In this document: piece by piece, positions 10,301 through 19,337 of the stretch
How positions within the stretch are numbered: the stretch's first letter is position 1
Layout: each line of letters opens with the position of its first letter
Sequence record: PP400778
Strand: one strand, 5' to 3'
Length of the DNA: 64,000 nucleotides
From: Escherichia phage FL15
Position numbers and translations under genes: made by a program
Notes under the pieces: model-generated
Told to the model about the DNA's origin: nothing
What the model saw: only the letters and a program-made list of their open reading frames with translations
Databases searched by the model: none

Positions 10301-11114
10301 CGTTGGTGGTACTGGAACAGCGCAAGTTGTTGATAGTGATGCTATCGCTTTCGGTAAAATCAATGATGGTGGAGTCGTTGAGCATTACGCCTTTGCTATG
10401 AAACACAATGGCGACGCGACAGCATATAGAGACTTTATTGCAGGTCGTAACCTGTATGCGAAACAAGGCGGTTTATACATTGTTGACCAGTCTAATCCGG
10501 CAATGACTCGTTCCTCAGATGGTATGCTGAATATCGGTCACGGTGGAAGTGTTAACATCAAGGCAGGTCATCAAACGTTAACTACAGAGATCGCCGGACA
10601 GAAATATCAGATCGTACACGCAGGAAACGCTGACGAAGTTCTTAACCGTCAGTTTGTTAAGAATGCTGGCGATACAATGGTCGGTAAGCTGACTATGGAT
10701 AATGCGCCTATTGTTTCTGTTAAGCATGAAGCTAGCGCGGAAACCGCTCCGGCAATCGGTAACATCGGTTTCTGGAATATGCGAGTTACTACCCAGAACA
10801 TCAAAGAAACTTATCCAGAGAAGAAAAACGGTACTCTGATGCAATGGGGTACTGACGCGGACGGGCTTACCCAGCTTTGGTCCCCTGATGGTACTCATAA
10901 ACATTATATCCGTTCCGGTACTGGTGGTCAATGGACCGCATGGGGTGAAATTTACACCAAACAGAACAAGCCTACCGCTCAGGAAATTGGGGCAGTGGTT
11001 GCCGAAGGTGGTTTGATGAACTCTATGACGGTTCGTGATTGGATCAAAGTTGGTAATGTTAAAATCATCGCCAATAATCTGACTCGTACCGTAGACTTTA
11101 TCTGGGAAGACTAA
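7374..11114 (+). CDS. 34: long tail fibre proximal subunit gp34
   Basis: 1246 aa; N-terminus and repeated ETRRGIARIATQ / PKKL motifs match T4 gp34; C-terminal NVKIIAN...VDFIWED. Confidence 0.95.
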   Translation: MADFSQHFKATFGFDAGNEKVVNVAYADKNTSTDAVNVEFFNYHNGITQYDTTRGYDQYGTTIYQNRPYYAKEDIAKPAGDFDPTKWQALRTDPRWDYVAATSGDTPLKSGDYIAADCQFANLTFSMPTNPVEGDTITVKDIGGKCGVNELSFLSTGHEFYHNGNVYNRKWYCTTPYAMNYFIFVRNRWHVYQTGTEPRGVYAQPAIDAIQMQNGDQVFRRSSLGNITLVLPKFANNGDMIQTTDLDGLTATNHVTVKVHEHAEEQSIGTSGLKEIIGKRSGHGVFIFDKTENLWRLWDGDQSVRLKPIINDTRLQPNSYVSVFGGRDVTLTLPTNVEPGDRIQVSMQYMHGNQTCRIITSEEDTKILMQKNMVQFPKRSEYPFNGTDTWTGVSELSFNAANDYVPYLEFSYSEGDDGKKYWLVAHAHPIVERVDPTRKDRVGVIALATQDETNKNHEDNPSDEVAVTPKVLANKTANETRRGIARIATQAETHQDTGSSFLDDVIVTPKKLNDCVATEARRGVMEIATQHETNEGLDDTRAITPKKLEERRASEDLAGIAEIVQVGGSAAARRGEAGTGIYNINDHAKIVTPQNINEVKATETSRGVGYLATDAEVQGATESTPQDALLITTRTLTKRTATESRTGIAEIATQEETNLGQSDNHIITPKKLHTRRATETLHGLAEIATQPEFDAGRDDARISTPLKIKTFFENAQRLKVDPTQGLNLTGDLWQGIMISGLDATEDTKGVAKVATTQLTDAGQDDTTIITPKKLQGKKATEGKEGIIRVGTQAETVAGALANVAISPKNFKYVVQTEDTWKATEARRGFLKVATQENCFVGDNLQGSTQELGNYQHDGIAVTPKGLNYALANFLPKMATAQNSLKLGNVEAAKWARRDIDQIIESNYTFNKKVNVKGDLECLKSGSFETLSVTKNSTDVPSNGHLVLGERGVDGHTGITLHGTTASEGMKNSWSIIVGGTGTAQVVDSDAIAFGKINDGGVVEHYAFAMKHNGDATAYRDFIAGRNLYAKQGGLYIVDQSNPAMTRSSDGMLNIGHGGSVNIKAGHQTLTTEIAGQKYQIVHAGNADEVLNRQFVKNAGDTMVGKLTMDNAPIVSVKHEASAETAPAIGNIGFWNMRVTTQNIKETYPEKKNGTLMQWGTDADGLTQLWSPDGTHKHYIRSGTGGQWTAWGEIYTKQNKPTAQEIGAVVAEGGLMNSMTVRDWIKVGNVKIIANNLTRTVDFIWED

Positions 11115-11119
11115 TTAAA

Positions 11120-11136
11120 GGGGGCGAAAGCCCCCC
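11120..11136 (+). terminator. GC-rich stem-loop after gene 34 (weak terminator or RNA stability element)
   Basis: GGGGGC-GAAA-GCCCCC hairpin; no clear U-run. Confidence 0.3.
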
Positions 11137-11148
11137 TATGGGGTTATT

Positions 11149-12288
11149 ATGACACAAGAGATAGAATTACGCAACACTGGAATTAAGTTTGCGCATTTCG
11201 ACGAAGACTCCGCGACATTTACAAGCATTTCAGAAAACAACTCTGTGATGTATAAGCTGGAAGTGCGCGGATCTAATGCGGATTCTACCAAACCAGCAAG
11301 AATTAGATTTAATGGAGTGGAGATCGTTGGCGCTGGCTATGAAAATGGCCTAAATTTTAAAGTTCTTACTCCAACTGGACAACTACACGAAGAAAAGGTA
11401 TTCTATGGTCGCGGTGCTGTTTTGGCAATGCGTGATTATCTTTCTTTGCTGAAAGGTGACTATATCATTGCGATGGTAACGCATGGAGAATTGTTTGCAG
11501 ACCCGATAAGTGATGTTGTATTTTCTAAGATGGGATCTGTATCATTCCCGAATCACATTTTGTTACAGCAAATGCCTCGTGTATCCTATGCAGCAATTTA
11601 TTCTACTAAAATGGGCAAAATTGTGTGCGAAGGGATGCAAGCAACGAACGGGGAAGGTCAAGATTCGTCTATACAGATCGAGAAAGTTTATGATACTATA
11701 GACGATCTTGCAATAACAGGAACACCACAACGATTTTTAGATTATCCGGTTGAATATGTTAGCGAAGATGCCGAACATTTCGAGCTAATACAATGGCATC
11801 ATGATGAGATCAGCGCACCACTTGAAGATTTTAACATAAAGGCAGGTGACAAACTATCAATATCCTTTGAATTGTTCCGTGATAGTGCCGCAGCCGCAGC
11901 CAACGTAACAGCGCGTTTCTATCACAACTACTTCACCGATGGACAATATAAAACTGGCGTTCGTTATAATGCCATCCAGAAAGATCAATGGGAAAAGTTT
12001 GAAGCCGTCTATACAGTACCGGAAGGAGTTGATAGTGTTACCACTGGTTGTATCAGATATCCAACCAACTCCAACGAAGGTGTTGTTAAGGTTAGAAACA
12101 TACTAATAACGCCGATTAGTGGAGTCGTCAAAACTACTGGTCCTACTTCCTTTGGTGTTAACGGTATTAGAACAACTCACATTCAGGATAACGGCAATTT
12201 CGATAACCCTGTTATGAGTCTTCTTAAATTACCTAGAGACAATAAACATATCACATCCAACAACTTTAAAGAGTTCGATGTTGATTAA
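11149..12288 (+). CDS. 35: long tail fibre hinge protein gp35
   Basis: 379 aa ORF between gp34 and gp36 on the late strand; size and position match T4 gp35 (372 aa). Confidence 0.8.
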   Translation: MTQEIELRNTGIKFAHFDEDSATFTSISENNSVMYKLEVRGSNADSTKPARIRFNGVEIVGAGYENGLNFKVLTPTGQLHEEKVFYGRGAVLAMRDYLSLLKGDYIIAMVTHGELFADPISDVVFSKMGSVSFPNHILLQQMPRVSYAAIYSTKMGKIVCEGMQATNGEGQDSSIQIEKVYDTIDDLAITGTPQRFLDYPVEYVSEDAEHFELIQWHHDEISAPLEDFNIKAGDKLSISFELFRDSAAAAANVTARFYHNYFTDGQYKTGVRYNAIQKDQWEKFEAVYTVPEGVDSVTTGCIRYPTNSNEGVVKVRNILITPISGVVKTTGPTSFGVNGIRTTHIQDNGNFDNPVMSLLKLPRDNKHITSNNFKEFDVD

Positions 12289-12299
12289 CATTTTTAACA

Positions 12300-12328
12300 A
12301 GCCGATCCTCGTGGTCGGCTTTATTTTT
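12300..12328 (+). terminator. intrinsic terminator after gene 35
   Basis: Hairpin AGCCGATCC-TCGT-GGTCGGCT followed by TTATTTTTTA; the same stem recurs at 23316 and 61868. Confidence 0.7.
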
Positions 12329-12450
12329 TATACAGTTGGTTAAAACATAACCAAAACGAAGAAAGATCTTTAGAATAATAGAAAATTTGTTTCGGTTAAA
12401 AAATAGTCAGTGCCTACGGCACGTCGCGAAGCGATATTTTGTTAACATTC

Positions 12451-12458
12451 TATAAATA
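12451..12458 (+). promoter_or_regulatory. T4-type late promoter core TATAAATA
   Basis: Exact TATAAATA about 34 nt upstream of the gene 36 start codon. Confidence 0.45.
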
Positions 12459-12491
12459 CTCGGAACTATAACTAATTTTTGAGGTTACTTT

Positions 12492-13982
12492 ATGGCAGAT
12501 TTGAAACATGGATCTACTGTAGGCGGATCTCCCATTTGGACGCAAGGAAACTTGACGATCCAACCAGCGGGCGATCAGCTTTTCTATAAAGGTCATAAAA
12601 TCTATACCGCTTTTGATAAACCTTCGGCTGCCGATTTTGATGCTGTTAGTGCATCTGAGGGTGGTACATTTCAGAAACTGGTCCATTTTGAGGAAGGTTT
12701 AAGCGTAGGTAGCGCATCCGGTGGAGAAACCAAAAAGAACGGGATCTTTAAAGGAAAGAGCGACGCTGCTAATTTTGACGGCGTAAGCTGGGGTTTGCAT
12801 TCATGGAAGTCAATCGGCTTTGTTAATGCCCGTGATGGCGTTATTATGGCGTATATTGACACCACAACGGGCGAATTTAAGTCTAAAGGGACTATCGAAG
12901 GGACAACCATTAAAGACACAGGTCAACGCGTCTATAGCCCTGTTAATAAACCAACGAATAATGATTTGGATTTAGTTTCCCGTCGCGGTGATACTCTCTC
13001 AGGAACGTATAATTTAAACACTGTCACTGTTAAACTATCGGTTGATTCGAAATTAATTGCAAGGGAACGTGATTTAATTAATTTTGATGCGACTAAGATC
13101 TATTATGGTAACGTTCTTGATACGTTGGTCTTCCGAAGTAAAGATGAGCCTACCATTTTTGTTAATGGCAAAGAAGGTCGTTTTTATCACACCAACAATA
13201 AACCGACTAAAGCCGATGTTGGACTAGGTAATGTCACCAATGATGCACAGGTTAAACGTGCTGGTGATATTATGGAAGGTAACTTGCAAGCTCCTAGAAT
13301 GTTGGCGACAAACGATCCTGCTGGTCCTAATGAATTGGTTCGTTTGAGCTACTTTGAGAAAAAATCAATGGTAGCAAATCCAACAATCATCGGAAACGTT
13401 GATTGGAACACTCTTATTAATCGCGGTATCTATCGTGTTGAAAATGCTGGGTCAGGTACTAATAAACCGTCTGATAGCTATTATAACGGCGTTTTGATGG
13501 TATATCGCCCAGAAGATGCGGTCGGTACTCGTCGAATTGTTCAGGTATACTATCCTGAATCTATTGATCATCCTATGTGCTGGCGTTCTTGTTCTAATGA
13601 ATCATGGACTGCATGGAACTATGTCGATCACCGTAAATTAGCCGATATTCGCTATGTTAACGTAACTGGCGATACCATGAGAGGTGCTTTGACAGTTCCC
13701 GCTGCAAACGGCGTTCGTACCGCAAAAGCTAACTATAATGGTGATAATTGCTACGCTGGACTTAATAGCTTAGATGGCACAGCAATGATTCATCGTGTTA
13801 GTGATATTAAAGCGCATGAGAAACTAGGCATCACACATGATTCTAAAATTATTTTCGTTAAATCACGCAACAATACTCAGGACACCGATACATTTGAATT
13901 ATACCACGAAGGGCATAAACCTACCCCTGCCGAAGTTGGCGCTGTTCCGCTTAATGCGGTAATTGATTTTGGTACTTTCTAA
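12492..13982 (+). CDS. 36: long tail fibre distal connector gp36 (enlarged, 496 aa)
   Basis: N-terminus MADLKHGSTVGGSPIWTQGN matches T4 gp36 (MADLKVGSTTGGSVIWHQGN); much longer than the 221-aa T4 protein. Confidence 0.8.
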   Translation: MADLKHGSTVGGSPIWTQGNLTIQPAGDQLFYKGHKIYTAFDKPSAADFDAVSASEGGTFQKLVHFEEGLSVGSASGGETKKNGIFKGKSDAANFDGVSWGLHSWKSIGFVNARDGVIMAYIDTTTGEFKSKGTIEGTTIKDTGQRVYSPVNKPTNNDLDLVSRRGDTLSGTYNLNTVTVKLSVDSKLIARERDLINFDATKIYYGNVLDTLVFRSKDEPTIFVNGKEGRFYHTNNKPTKADVGLGNVTNDAQVKRAGDIMEGNLQAPRMLATNDPAGPNELVRLSYFEKKSMVANPTIIGNVDWNTLINRGIYRVENAGSGTNKPSDSYYNGVLMVYRPEDAVGTRRIVQVYYPESIDHPMCWRSCSNESWTAWNYVDHRKLADIRYVNVTGDTMRGALTVPAANGVRTAKANYNGDNCYAGLNSLDGTAMIHRVSDIKAHEKLGITHDSKIIFVKSRNNTQDTDTFELYHEGHKPTPAEVGAVPLNAVIDFGTF

Positions 13983-13987
13983 TTCTA

Positions 13988-14010
13988 GCGGGGATTATCC
14001 CCGCTTTTCT
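13988..14010 (+). terminator. stem-loop / weak terminator after gene 36
   Basis: AGCGGGG-ATTAT-CCCCGCT hairpin followed by TTTT. Confidence 0.45.
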
Positions 14011-14049
14011 AAATAATATTATTCTAACAACCGTTAAGGATTTTATAAA

Positions 14050-16809
14050 ATGGCAGATTTACAGAGAATCCAATTTAAAAGAACAAGTACGGCAGGTCGC
14101 AAGCCGGATGCGAATATTCTAACTCCGGGTGAACTTGCTATTAACCTAGCGGATCGAAAACTATATACAAAAGATGACAGCAATAATGTAATTACTTTGG
14201 GACACTTTCGCGGTGAGTTGCCATCTGATGCAAATTTAGATAATTATGGACCTACTGGTAAATTTACTGGCGTTTGGTCTAAATCAAGTTCAACAAATGC
14301 GCAGCCAGCAAATAAATTCCCAGAAGCGAATGCTGTAGGTGTATTAGAAGTATTTGTGGCTGGTCAATTTGCTGGCAGTCAGCGTTATACTGTTAGATCT
14401 GGTAACGTTTATATCCGTTCTTTGTCTGCGAAATGGAATGGTGTAGATGGTCCATGGGGTCCGTGGCTCAATATTCAAAATGGCACACGTCCACTATCAA
14501 CTACACTAGACTTGAATACTTTAGGTGATGCTTCTCATTTTGGGTTATGGCGAAATAGTTCAAGTTCCATTGCATCATTTTCTCGAAATTACCCAGAAGA
14601 AGGTGGTCTCGCGCAAGGTCTTTTAGAAATTTATGAAGGTGGTAACTATTCTTGCACGCAACGTTATACTACCCGAATGGGTGTTGTATATGTTCGTTGT
14701 CTTGCAGGTGCATGGGATCCAGAAGCTCCGAATTGGGGACCGTGGCAACAAGTAGGTATGGTTACTCCCAGCACATTCTATGACGGGGATCTTAATAATT
14801 TTCGTTCTCCTGGCTTGTATAACATTTTAGGGACTGATGCCGTTATTAACCGTCCAGTTGCAGAAGGTGTTCCGGTTGAGATGACCGGATTGCTTGAGGT
14901 TAAACAGCGTGCTTCCGGTGGCGCTATTTTCCAACGTTTCACTACCGCAGGAACGGGTGCAACTACGCGATCTCGCGTGTTTGAACGTGCAATGACAAAT
15001 AATATCTGGGGAAATTGGTACGAAGTATATACGTCCTATTCTATGCCAATTACTTTGGGTATGGGTGGTGTTAAAACTCAATTAGCGGAGCTAGATTGGC
15101 AAACATTTGATTTTGTTCCTGGTAGTATGTTTAGCGTTCCTTTGAACAAAATAAAGAACATGCCAGCAAATATGAATTGGGGTACGATTGACGGAGACTT
15201 GGTTATGTTTTCTGTCGGTCCTAGCGAACACACTGGCACAGGACGTACTGTTCAGGTTTGGCGTGGTACTGTATCCCAGACAAACTACCGTTATTTTGTC
15301 GTTCGTGTGTTCGGTAATTCTGGAAATAGAACTTGCACAGTTCGCCGTGTTGTTCTTGAAGATGGATCACATACTTGGACTGCTCAACAAAACTTTAGGG
15401 GATTGTTGAATATCACTGCTGCTGTTAATCTTGGTGCTAATCAGAAAATTTCACTTGCTCCAGGAGCATATATTCAAGCCCCTGCTAGCGGTTCTGGTTC
15501 TAATACTTACGCGAATCAGAATACTACCATTGCACCATTATATCAGGCCATTGACGATTCAAATAAAAACCAGTTTGCGCCAATTGTTAAACAGAAAAAC
15601 ACTGTAACAAATATTACTATGGCTTCTGGTATGGATATTGCTAGTTCAGAATATCGTATCGTTGCTCAGGGTGATTTATCCGCTACTGGAACTACAGCCA
15701 CTGAATTAGCTACATGGCGTTTCTTGCCGTCTGGCCGATTCATGTCACAAAGCCGAGTTTATGCTGGCGCAGCATTCTTGAACACTGATGGTAACATTGC
15801 TGGTTCAATCTGGAAGAAATACAACGATGCAACCAATTTAGATGCTGCCTTGAATACTCGCCTAGGTAAAGGCGGTGATACGATGACAGGTCGGTTAACA
15901 ATCAATGCACCTAATGATTCTATCGTATTATCAACAACTGCTAGTAATTCTTTGCATATTCGCGGTGACATAGACGGGACTGGTAACTGGTATATTGGCA
16001 AGGGTGGTGCTGATAATGGATTAGCGTTCTATAGTTATGCTACTAATGCTGCTGTAAACATTACAAACGCGGGGGATATCGCTCTAAGTCCAAAAGGCAT
16101 CGAAATGACTCATGTCAATAACGTTCGATTCTATGTTCATGGTGAACGTTGGACTGCTAGCCAATCTGGAGGTTGGAACGACCAATGGGGATTAGAAGCT
16201 CCGATATTTGTTGACCACGGCTATGTTGGACCAGACAGTTATTATCCGATTATCAAAGGAAGAAGTTTAATCACCAATCAAGGATATACAACTGCCGTCG
16301 ATTTTGGTCTACGTCGTGTCCCTAACAATTGGGGGCAAGCAATTATTCGTGTTGGATCTGCGGAAAACTCGCCAGCGGCTGGTCATCCTCAAGCTGTATT
16401 CGAGTTCCATCATGATGGTACTTTCTATTCTCCAGGTAATGGTAACTTTAACGATGTGTATATTCGTTCCGATGGTCGTCTTAAGATTAATAAAAAAGAG
16501 CTAGAAAACGGAGCACTTGAAAAAGTATGTCGACTGAAAGTTTATATTTACGATAAAGTTAAGTCTATTAAAGACCGTAGTGTTATTAAACGTGAAGTTG
16601 GTATTATTGCTCAGGACCTTGAAAAGGAATTACCGGAAGCTGTATCTAAAGTTGAAGTTGATGGATCTGATGTTCTGACAATTTCTAACTCTGCAGTGAA
16701 TGCTCTTTTAATTAAGGCTATTCAGGAAATGAGTGAAGAAATTAAAGAATTGAAAACGCCTCTCTTTACTAAAATTGCTCGCAAAATTAGTAAATATTTT
16801 AAATTCTAA
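14050..16809 (+). CDS. 37: long tail fibre distal subunit gp37 with C-terminal intramolecular chaperone domain
   Basis: 919 aa; N-terminus MADLQRIQFKRTSTAGRKPDANILTPGELAINLADRKLYTKDDS matches gp37; C-terminal ~100 aa (GIIAQDLEKELPEAV...ISNSAVNALLIKAIQE) resembles S74-type intramolecular chaperone. Confidence 0.9.
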   Translation: MADLQRIQFKRTSTAGRKPDANILTPGELAINLADRKLYTKDDSNNVITLGHFRGELPSDANLDNYGPTGKFTGVWSKSSSTNAQPANKFPEANAVGVLEVFVAGQFAGSQRYTVRSGNVYIRSLSAKWNGVDGPWGPWLNIQNGTRPLSTTLDLNTLGDASHFGLWRNSSSSIASFSRNYPEEGGLAQGLLEIYEGGNYSCTQRYTTRMGVVYVRCLAGAWDPEAPNWGPWQQVGMVTPSTFYDGDLNNFRSPGLYNILGTDAVINRPVAEGVPVEMTGLLEVKQRASGGAIFQRFTTAGTGATTRSRVFERAMTNNIWGNWYEVYTSYSMPITLGMGGVKTQLAELDWQTFDFVPGSMFSVPLNKIKNMPANMNWGTIDGDLVMFSVGPSEHTGTGRTVQVWRGTVSQTNYRYFVVRVFGNSGNRTCTVRRVVLEDGSHTWTAQQNFRGLLNITAAVNLGANQKISLAPGAYIQAPASGSGSNTYANQNTTIAPLYQAIDDSNKNQFAPIVKQKNTVTNITMASGMDIASSEYRIVAQGDLSATGTTATELATWRFLPSGRFMSQSRVYAGAAFLNTDGNIAGSIWKKYNDATNLDAALNTRLGKGGDTMTGRLTINAPNDSIVLSTTASNSLHIRGDIDGTGNWYIGKGGADNGLAFYSYATNAAVNITNAGDIALSPKGIEMTHVNNVRFYVHGERWTASQSGGWNDQWGLEAPIFVDHGYVGPDSYYPIIKGRSLITNQGYTTAVDFGLRRVPNNWGQAIIRVGSAENSPAAGHPQAVFEFHHDGTFYSPGNGNFNDVYIRSDGRLKINKKELENGALEKVCRLKVYIYDKVKSIKDRSVIKREVGIIAQDLEKELPEAVSKVEVDGSDVLTISNSAVNALLIKAIQEMSEEIKELKTPLFTKIARKISKYFKF

Positions 16810-16813
16810 CAAC

Positions 16814-16832
16814 AAGGGGCTTTGCCCCCTTT
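16814..16832 (+). terminator. stem-loop after gene 37
   Basis: AAGGGGC-TTTG-CCCCCTT hairpin; weak U-run. Confidence 0.3.
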
Positions 16833-16844
16833 GGAGTATAAATT

Positions 16845-17627
16845 ATGGCAGTAGTTGGAGTTCCTGGCTGGATTGGAAGTTCAGCCGTAAATGAAACGGG
16901 TCAGCGCTGGATGAGTCAAGCGGCTGGTCAATTAAGATTGGGTGTTCCTTGCTGGATGAGTCAATTTTCAGGTCGCTCGCGAGAAATTATTCACACGCTT
17001 GGCGCAGACCATAACTTCAATGGTCAGTGGTTCCGTGATAGATGCTTTGAGGCAGGTAATGCACCTATAGTGTTTAATATTACCGGTGATTTAGTATCAT
17101 ATTCTAAAGATGTTCCTTTATTCTTCATGTACGGAGATACACCAAATGAATATGTTCAGTTGAATATACATGGCGTAACGATGTATGGTCGTGGCGGGAA
17201 TGGCGGTAGCAATGGTCCTGGATCAGCCGGGGGGCATTGTATTCAAAATGATATTGGTGGGAGACTAAGAATTAATAATGGTGGAGCTATTGCAGGTGGC
17301 GGTGGCGGTGGCGGTGGCGGGTATTATTCTCCTTTTTCACAAATGAGATTAACCTTTGGCGGTGGCGGTGGGCGTCCGTTTGGTGCGCCCGGCGGATCTA
17401 TTGATATGCAATCAGGCGCAACTGCTGGTACTCTTTATGCGCCCGGATCGGGGTCCGTGAACGGTGTCTATAATGGCGGAAGCGGTGGTGAGGTAGGTGC
17501 TGCGGGAGGTAGATGTAATATTCGTGGTCAAGGATCTGAATATAATGGCGGCGATTCTGGATATGCTGTTATAGGGTCTTCTCCAACGTGGCAAAATCGC
17601 GGAGCTATTTACGGACCGGCTGTTTAG
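16845..17627 (+). CDS. 38: T2-type receptor-binding adhesin gp38 (glycine-rich motifs)
   Basis: 260 aa; N-terminus [15 protein letters not shown] and multiple poly-Gly islands separating variable segments are the T2/T6-type gp38 architecture. Confidence 0.85.
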   Translation: MAVVGVPGWIGSSAVNETGQRWMSQAAGQLRLGVPCWMSQFSGRSREIIHTLGADHNFNGQWFRDRCFEAGNAPIVFNITGDLVSYSKDVPLFFMYGDTPNEYVQLNIHGVTMYGRGGNGGSNGPGSAGGHCIQNDIGGRLRINNGGAIAGGGGGGGGGYYSPFSQMRLTFGGGGGRPFGAPGGSIDMQSGATAGTLYAPGSGSVNGVYNGGSGGEVGAAGGRCNIRGQGSEYNGGDSGYAVIGSSPTWQNRGAIYGPAV

Positions 17628-17690
17628 ATGTAATTATAAAAAGAATTAAGGAAACCTCCCACGGAAGGGAACTACTAAGGAGAAACGGCT

Positions 17691-17930
17691 ATGGTCTATA
17701 ATATCGTCATTGGTGCTTTGTCTAATTTCGGAATGAAACTATTGTCAAAGTTAATTAGTGAAAAGATGCTCACTAAAATTTTCTTCTATTGCGCTCGTCG
17801 TCTTGCGTCTTATACCAATACGCCAATTGATGATCGTTTTGTGGAAGAACTTTATAAGGAGTTTAATAAAGATCAGTCAGAAGATAGCAACGAGCAAGAT
17901 AAACCTAGTGATAGTCAACTACCTAAATAA
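17691..17930 (+). CDS. hypothetical small protein with hydrophobic N-terminus and acidic C-terminus
   Basis: 79-aa ORF with AAGGAG SD on the late strand between gp38 and holin t; no counterpart at this position in the T4 map as I recall it. Confidence 0.55.
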   Translation: MVYNIVIGALSNFGMKLLSKLISEKMLTKIFFYCARRLASYTNTPIDDRFVEELYKEFNKDQSEDSNEQDKPSDSQLPK

Positions 17931-17963
17931 GAGTACACTGTCATAGTTATCTTAGGGCATTAT

Positions 17964-18620
17964 ATGCAAGTTTCTGAAAAAGGGAAAGACTTTGCTATCT
18001 CAAATGTCCTGCGCGCTATTTTCACAACTAAAAGCACGGAGTTGCTCGTACTTCGTGTTTTTGCTGCCGTCGTGTTGTCCATATTGGCATTTGTCGTTTA
18101 TAGTAAAAACGAGTTATTTGCGCTTTATAAAGAGACTCGTTATGAGACTTATGCTCACATTCTCCAGGTAGAGAAAGACCGCAATTTTGATAATGCAGCA
18201 CAGGAGCAGTTACAGATAGTTCATGTGTCGGCTGATGCCGATTTTTCTGCTGTTTTTAGTTTTCGTCCGAAAAACCTAAACTATTTTGTTGATTTGGTGG
18301 CATATGAAGGAAAGCTACCGCATACAATCGATGAAAAAAATTTAGGCGGATTCCCTATCAATAAAACGAGTGAAGAATATCGTAGGCATCTTTTAGGTAA
18401 ATCATATTTTACCGATAAAGATTTCCAGTATATTCCATCAAGAGAAAAGAAATTAGAGAGTATCGATATAGGGTTTATGTATTCTTGTCCTATATTCAAT
18501 CTCGATAATGTCTATTCTGGTAGTATCGCCATTTCATGGAAGAATAAACCGGATATTGACATTGAGAATTTAGATACTCTTTGCAATCAATCTGCCAGAA
18601 TCCTCGGAAGGATTAGATAA
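17964..18620 (+). CDS. t: holin t
   Basis: 218 aa; matches T4 holin (LEQLQIVH.S.DADFSAV.SFRPKNLNYFVD..AYEGKLP, MYSCP.FNLDN.Y.G.I, ARILGR). Confidence 0.95.
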   Translation: MQVSEKGKDFAISNVLRAIFTTKSTELLVLRVFAAVVLSILAFVVYSKNELFALYKETRYETYAHILQVEKDRNFDNAAQEQLQIVHVSADADFSAVFSFRPKNLNYFVDLVAYEGKLPHTIDEKNLGGFPINKTSEEYRRHLLGKSYFTDKDFQYIPSREKKLESIDIGFMYSCPIFNLDNVYSGSIAISWKNKPDIDIENLDTLCNQSARILGRIR

Positions 18621-18626
18621 CTTAAA

Positions 18627-18659
18627 GGGGAAGCCTTTCGGCCTCCCCTTCTTTTTATT
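18627..18659. terminator. intrinsic terminator at the convergence of the late (+) and early (-) blocks
   Basis: Hairpin GGGGAAGCC-TTTC-GGCCTCCCC followed by TTCTTTTTATT on the plus strand. Confidence 0.65.
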
Positions 18660-18903
18660 GGGGCATAGAAGCCCCTGAATCACATTTTGACGCTGTATGA
18701 TGAAAACAGGTAGCGTACCAGTCATCTGCTTGTTTGTCTTCGTCAGAAAACGCGTAATTTCGTTGTGTGCCGTTTTCTACTTTGACCAGTGCAATAGCTG
18801 TTTCTGGAAGATCAATCAGTCGGACAAAATCACCATCTTCCCACTCTACACGAGCAATATCATATCCCATCTCAAAGTATACAATCGCTTGTTCTAATTT
18901 CAT
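18655..18903 (-). CDS. small protein, possibly DUF2829-like
   Basis: 82 aa; start ATG overlaps upstream stop (ATGA coupling); pattern A..Y...G..IAR.EW...................DDW resembles DUF2829 as I remember it. Confidence 0.5.
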   Translation of the reverse strand: MKLEQAIVYFEMGYDIARVEWEDGDFVRLIDLPETAIALVKVENGTQRNYAFSDEDKQADDWYATCFHHTASKCDSGASMPQ

Positions 18904-19223
18904 TCTGGAAACTTCCCGTAAACATTCTCTGCCAGCTTACGTGCATCTTTTACAATATCTTTCATGTAATGACTATAATTTTTAGCTAGATCAATGATGC
19001 AATCAACAAAGAAGTAATAGCGTCGCAGTGCTACCAGCTCAACATCTTCAAGATGACCATTTTCTCCAATCGCTGAAATATGTTTAAATTCCTTTCGGAT
19101 CGCGTCCATCGCTACATTAACTTCTTTTATAATATCTTTCGTATTATATGCACCTCGACTAATCAAAATTTTGGTTAGGTCTTCTGCTTTTTCGTGAAAG
19201 TTGTCAATTTCAAACTCGATCAT
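18900..19223 (-). CDS. hypothetical protein (paralog of 19338-19670)
   Basis: 107-aa ORF; C-terminal ...KDARKLAENVYGKF aligns with ...DEARIMTENIFGKF of the neighbour. Confidence 0.55.
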   Translation of the reverse strand: MIEFEIDNFHEKAEDLTKILISRGAYNTKDIIKEVNVAMDAIRKEFKHISAIGENGHLEDVELVALRRYYFFVDCIIDLAKNYSHYMKDIVKDARKLAENVYGKFPE

Positions 19224-19337
19224 AATCACCTCTCATAATTTCACTCTGTTGTGTCAACATTTTTTCGTGGTTTGCTAATTCTATACCTTGTAATAGCATA
19301 ACCAGTGCAATTTTCAATGATTCATCATCTTTCATAA

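Noticed and set aside
17270-17400. GGT/GGC tandem codon repeat that could look like a microsatellite
   Set aside because: In frame within gp38 and encodes the poly-glycine motifs characteristic of T2-type adhesins; not a non-coding repeat.
19230-19337. 41-aa ORF (MKDDESLKIALVMLLQ...) in the intergenic region between the paralog pair
   Set aside because: No SD, overlaps the next gene's start in another frame; more likely promoter/leader sequence.
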